Below are positions 61,166-64,000 of a stretch of 64,000 nt of DNA, piece after piece. The first letter of the stretch is position 1. Each line of letters begins with the position of its first letter. The notes beneath the pieces were generated by a model that saw only the letters and a program-made list of their open reading frames with translations, did not search any database and was not told the origin of the DNA. Origin of the DNA: Oscillospiraceae bacterium (GTDB lineage: Bacteria > Bacillota > Clostridia > Oscillospirales > CAG-272). The translations under genes were made by a program, and so were the position numbers. The DNA lies in the NCBI GenBank assembly GCA_015063685.1, contig SVTR01000008.1, positions 1,451-65,450 of the forward strand. The letters are read 5' to 3'.

Positions 61166-62806
61166 TCAGATATCTTCGTCGAGGGTACGCTTTTTGCCGC
61201 GCGCCGAGAGCTTTTCAGTGACCTGCAGAAGGAGGCATCCGGCAACGGAAGCCATGCACAAATACACGAAGGTGTTGCCGATGACCGTGTATAGGGTTCT
61301 GCCGTTCAGCAGCTTGGCTTCCTGTAGGACATAGCCTGTCTTGAAGGTGCCCAGGTAATCTGTAACCTCACCCTTGTCGGTGATGACGGAGGACACACCT
61401 GTATTGGCGGCGCGCACCACGTATCTGCCGGTCTCAATGGCGCGGATCTGTGCCTGAGCGCTGTGCATCCACACGCCGCGGGAGTCCTTGAACCAGGAGT
61501 CGTTGGTGGGAATAGCCAGAAGCTCAGCGCCGTTCCGGACGCTTTCCAATGCGTTATCCTCGTAGATGGAGTCGAAGCAGATGAGCGGGCCGACTTTTCC
61601 ATTGGTGAAGGGGATGACCGAAGCTTCCTTCCCAAAGGCAAGATCGTGATCCAGGGTGTTGATATCCATGAGCATGGGGGCCACGACGGTGATCATATCC
61701 CGCAGAGGGACGAACTCTCCGAAGGGCACCAGGTTGCGCTTGTGATAAGCTGTTTCGGCGACAGTCCCGTCCGGCAAAACGGCAATCACGGAGTTATAGT
61801 CACCCTCCTCCTCGGGACAATCGGTGAAAATACCCACCAGAATGGTGATATTGCATTCGGTGGCCAATTCCGTGAGTGTGTCCCGTATATGACCGTTGCG
61901 GTCAATGCAGACGGGAATGGCGGTTTCCGGCCAAAGCACCACCCGGGCGCCCTCTGAGGCGGCTTGACGGGTAAGCTCACAGTAGGTCTCTATGGCGCGA
62001 CTTGTCGAGCCAACGGCACCCCATTCTTCGCCCGAGGCCAGATTGCCCTGGATGGCGCCTGCCTTTACCGTGGTGTCTCCCTTGGAGGGGATGGCCATAT
62101 AAACGGCACCAAAGCCCAAATTGACGGTGACCATGGACAACGCCAGCACCCCCGCCAGCCGACGCTTGTCAGCGTAAACAAAGCCATAGGCCAACAGCCC
62201 GTTGACGGCCACCAGAAGGAAGGTGATGAAATATGAGCCGAACAGGGAAGCGCTTTGCAGGGTCAGAAGCATTTCTGACTGCCCGATGGGTAACCGTCCC
62301 CACGGAACACCCGACCAACCGCTGTGAGCCTGAAACCATTCAAGGATCACCCACAAGGCGGCGAAAATGAAGGGGTGAAGCAAGGGGCGGCGTGAAAGAT
62401 ACTTTGATCGGCAGATCAGCCCGAGCAGGGGGAAGAGCAGCGCCGCGGTGACTGCTTGAAACCCACCCATGCCCACGGAGCCCAAGATGACTACGGCGGC
62501 CGAGGCGGGATTTGACAGCCCCGCGTAGTCCAAAGGGTACATCCAGAGGAACCAATGCCAGGCGATGATAAAGTACACCGCGAAAAAGCAAAAGCCCATG
62601 CCGTACATACGGCGGAAATTTACGCCGGGATCGGTCAGCCGCGTCAAAATGACCGCCATGGCGGGGATCAGGACGATCCATTGCAAGGCGCCCAGCTTGG
62701 GAAAGAGGACGACAAGGCCCATCAGGGCAGCACCTGTCAGTAGCAGGGGCCAACGAAATTTTGTGACAAAATCAATGGCCAAGGGCTCTTTTTGATCCTT
62801 GTACAT
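61166..62806 (-). CDS. lnt: Apolipoprotein N-acyltransferase
   Basis: It has a polytopic N-terminus and a C-terminal CN-hydrolase domain. The E-K-C triad context is intact: VVLWPETA, YHKRNLVPFGEFVP, LICFDSIYED. Confidence 0.8.
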   Translation of the reverse strand: MYKDQKEPLAIDFVTKFRWPLLLTGAALMGLVVLFPKLGALQWIVLIPAMAVILTRLTDPGVNFRRMYGMGFCFFAVYFIIAWHWFLWMYPLDYAGLSNPASAAVVILGSVGMGGFQAVTAALLFPLLGLICRSKYLSRRPLLHPFIFAALWVILEWFQAHSGWSGVPWGRLPIGQSEMLLTLQSASLFGSYFITFLLVAVNGLLAYGFVYADKRRLAGVLALSMVTVNLGFGAVYMAIPSKGDTTVKAGAIQGNLASGEEWGAVGSTSRAIETYCELTRQAASEGARVVLWPETAIPVCIDRNGHIRDTLTELATECNITILVGIFTDCPEEEGDYNSVIAVLPDGTVAETAYHKRNLVPFGEFVPLRDMITVVAPMLMDINTLDHDLAFGKEASVIPFTNGKVGPLICFDSIYEDNALESVRNGAELLAIPTNDSWFKDSRGVWMHSAQAQIRAIETGRYVVRAANTGVSSVITDKGEVTDYLGTFKTGYVLQEAKLLNGRTLYTVIGNTFVYLCMASVAGCLLLQVTEKLSARGKKRTLDEDI

Positions 62807-62820
62807 GAATTGAAAGCTCC

Positions 62821-63816
62821 TTATTTTTTGGATTCAAGGGAGGTGAGGTCATATCCCTCGGTAAACCAAATGCTGTCGGGGGAGATGCGGAAGGACTTGC
62901 CCTTGAGGTAAGCCAGGGCGCCTGCGTCGCAATCCAGCTTGAAAACCAGACGGTAAGCGTACAGGGCCTGGAATTTGAATCCTCGGCGGCGGTCGTCCCG
63001 ATTGATGCCGTATTTGCCGTCTCCCAGGAGAGGATAGCCGATATGGGCCAGGTGAGCGCGGATCTGGTGGGTGCGTCCCGTTACCAGCTCCACCTCAAGC
63101 AGGGACACGGGCGCTCCTGACACCACCTTGTCCGATACCACGCGGTATTTGGTGATGATCTCCTTGGCGTCCTTGAAGGGCGCGTCAGAAACGCGGACGG
63201 TGTTGGTGGCGCTGTCCTTTTTGAGATAGCCCGTGAGGGTGGCTTTCCTTGCCTTGGGTCTGCCGTGAACGAGGCAGAGATAGAACTTGGCCAGCTGATC
63301 GTCGCGGATGAATTCATTCATCAGCCGCAATGCCTCGGCGTTTTTAGCGGCAATGACGATGCCTCCCGTGTTGCGGTCGATACGGTTGCACAGGGCGGGG
63401 GCAAAGGATTGCTCGTTGGCTGGATCATACTCACCCTTTTCGTAAAGATATGCCTGAACGTGCATGATGAGGGTGTTCTCTCCTCCCTCTGCGTCCTCGT
63501 GCACCAACACGCCCGGCCGCTTGTGCAAGAGCATGATGTTATCGTCCTCGTAGACGATGTTCAGCTTGGGACGGATGGCGGAGAGTGCGCCCATATCCTT
63601 GGCGGGAGCGTCAAAAAACTCATCCTTGATGAAGAGCTGGATCTCGTCTCCCTCCCTGAGGATCTGATTCTGCTCGCACCGGGCGCGGTTGACCTTGATC
63701 TTTTTGGTTCGGATGAATTTATACATGAGAGACTGGGGCAGACCCTTGACAGCCTTGGTGAGAAACTTGTCAAGCCGCTGTCCCGCATCGTTTTTTTGAA
63801 TGGTCAGAATTCGCAT
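62821..63816 (-). CDS. RluA-family pseudouridine synthase with an N-terminal S4 domain
   Basis: Has an S4-like RLDKFLTKAV...IKVNRAR, the catalytic-loop context CNRIDRNTGGIVIAAK, and GRTHQIRAHLAHIGYPLLGDGKYG. Confidence 0.85.
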   Translation of the reverse strand: MRILTIQKNDAGQRLDKFLTKAVKGLPQSLMYKFIRTKKIKVNRARCEQNQILREGDEIQLFIKDEFFDAPAKDMGALSAIRPKLNIVYEDDNIMLLHKRPGVLVHEDAEGGENTLIMHVQAYLYEKGEYDPANEQSFAPALCNRIDRNTGGIVIAAKNAEALRLMNEFIRDDQLAKFYLCLVHGRPKARKATLTGYLKKDSATNTVRVSDAPFKDAKEIITKYRVVSDKVVSGAPVSLLEVELVTGRTHQIRAHLAHIGYPLLGDGKYGINRDDRRRGFKFQALYAYRLVFKLDCDAGALAYLKGKSFRISPDSIWFTEGYDLTSLESKK

Positions 63817-63917
63817 ATAAGGCTTCCTTTTCGGTTATTGCTTTTATTATACTCCTTTTTGCGGGATTTTTCAATAGGGTTATGAAGAATTCTTGTGGGG
63901 AGCGAACCCTTGTGTGA

Positions 63918-64000
63918 TCATTCCCCGAAGATTCTTTCGCAAAGGGCTGCATCGTGCTTTTCCTTGGCGTTGAAATCCATGGAGGAGGCGTACAGATCTT
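63918..64000 (-). CDS. 3' end (26 codons) of a gene running off the window, product unknown
   Basis: The minus-strand frame reads ...DLYASSMDFNAKEKHDAALCERIFGE-stop with GC3-rich codon use like its neighbours. It is too short for the ORF track. Confidence 0.35.
   Translation of the reverse strand, partial: DLYASSMDFNAKEKHDAALCERIFGE

Noticed and set aside
63770-63952. A 60-aa minus-strand ORF upstream of the pseudouridine-synthase gene.
   Set aside because: It has no RBS and lies in a different frame from the more plausible gene end at 63918-64000. It overlaps the rluA-family promoter region and has poor codon style.

Overview
GC-rich (high-50s % by eye) chromosomal segment from a spore-forming Firmicute. 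Gene content suggests Clostridia, possibly Oscillospiraceae/Ruminococcaceae, but the organism cannot be named from sequence alone. I support about 45 protein genes and see no rRNA, tRNA or CRISPR. Core genes: cotJABC, alaS, coaW, nagB, sigG, pyrH-frr-uppS-cdsA-[4.8 kb insert]-dxr-rseP-ispG-polC, ruvA-[DUF5107 gene]-ruvB, mtaB, lnt and an RluA-family pseudouridine synthase. Accessory content: a repeat-rich surface protein with a cytoplasmic uL15-like tail; two tandem ~935-aa secreted glycosidase-like paralogs next to an ECF sigma/anti-sigma pair; a PurL-like/nucleoside-hydrolase fusion ORF; a sigma factor with a ~370-aa C-terminal extension; a YfhO-family membrane protein. The most unusual signal is non-coding. 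Almost every longer intergenic spacer is filled by palindromic modular repeats from at least six families. Many are delimited by one 14-nt junction motif, TAAATTGTTGTTTA / TAAACAACAATTTA (11 exact and 9 near-exact copies). These are nested into composites of up to ~800 bp. They often start exactly on the upstream gene's TAA stop codon and keep small hairpins through compensatory changes. No transposase, RAYT or recombinase gene is present in the window. The many long antisense ORFs in the track are rejected as GC-rich artefacts. All product calls rest on remembered family motifs, not database searches.
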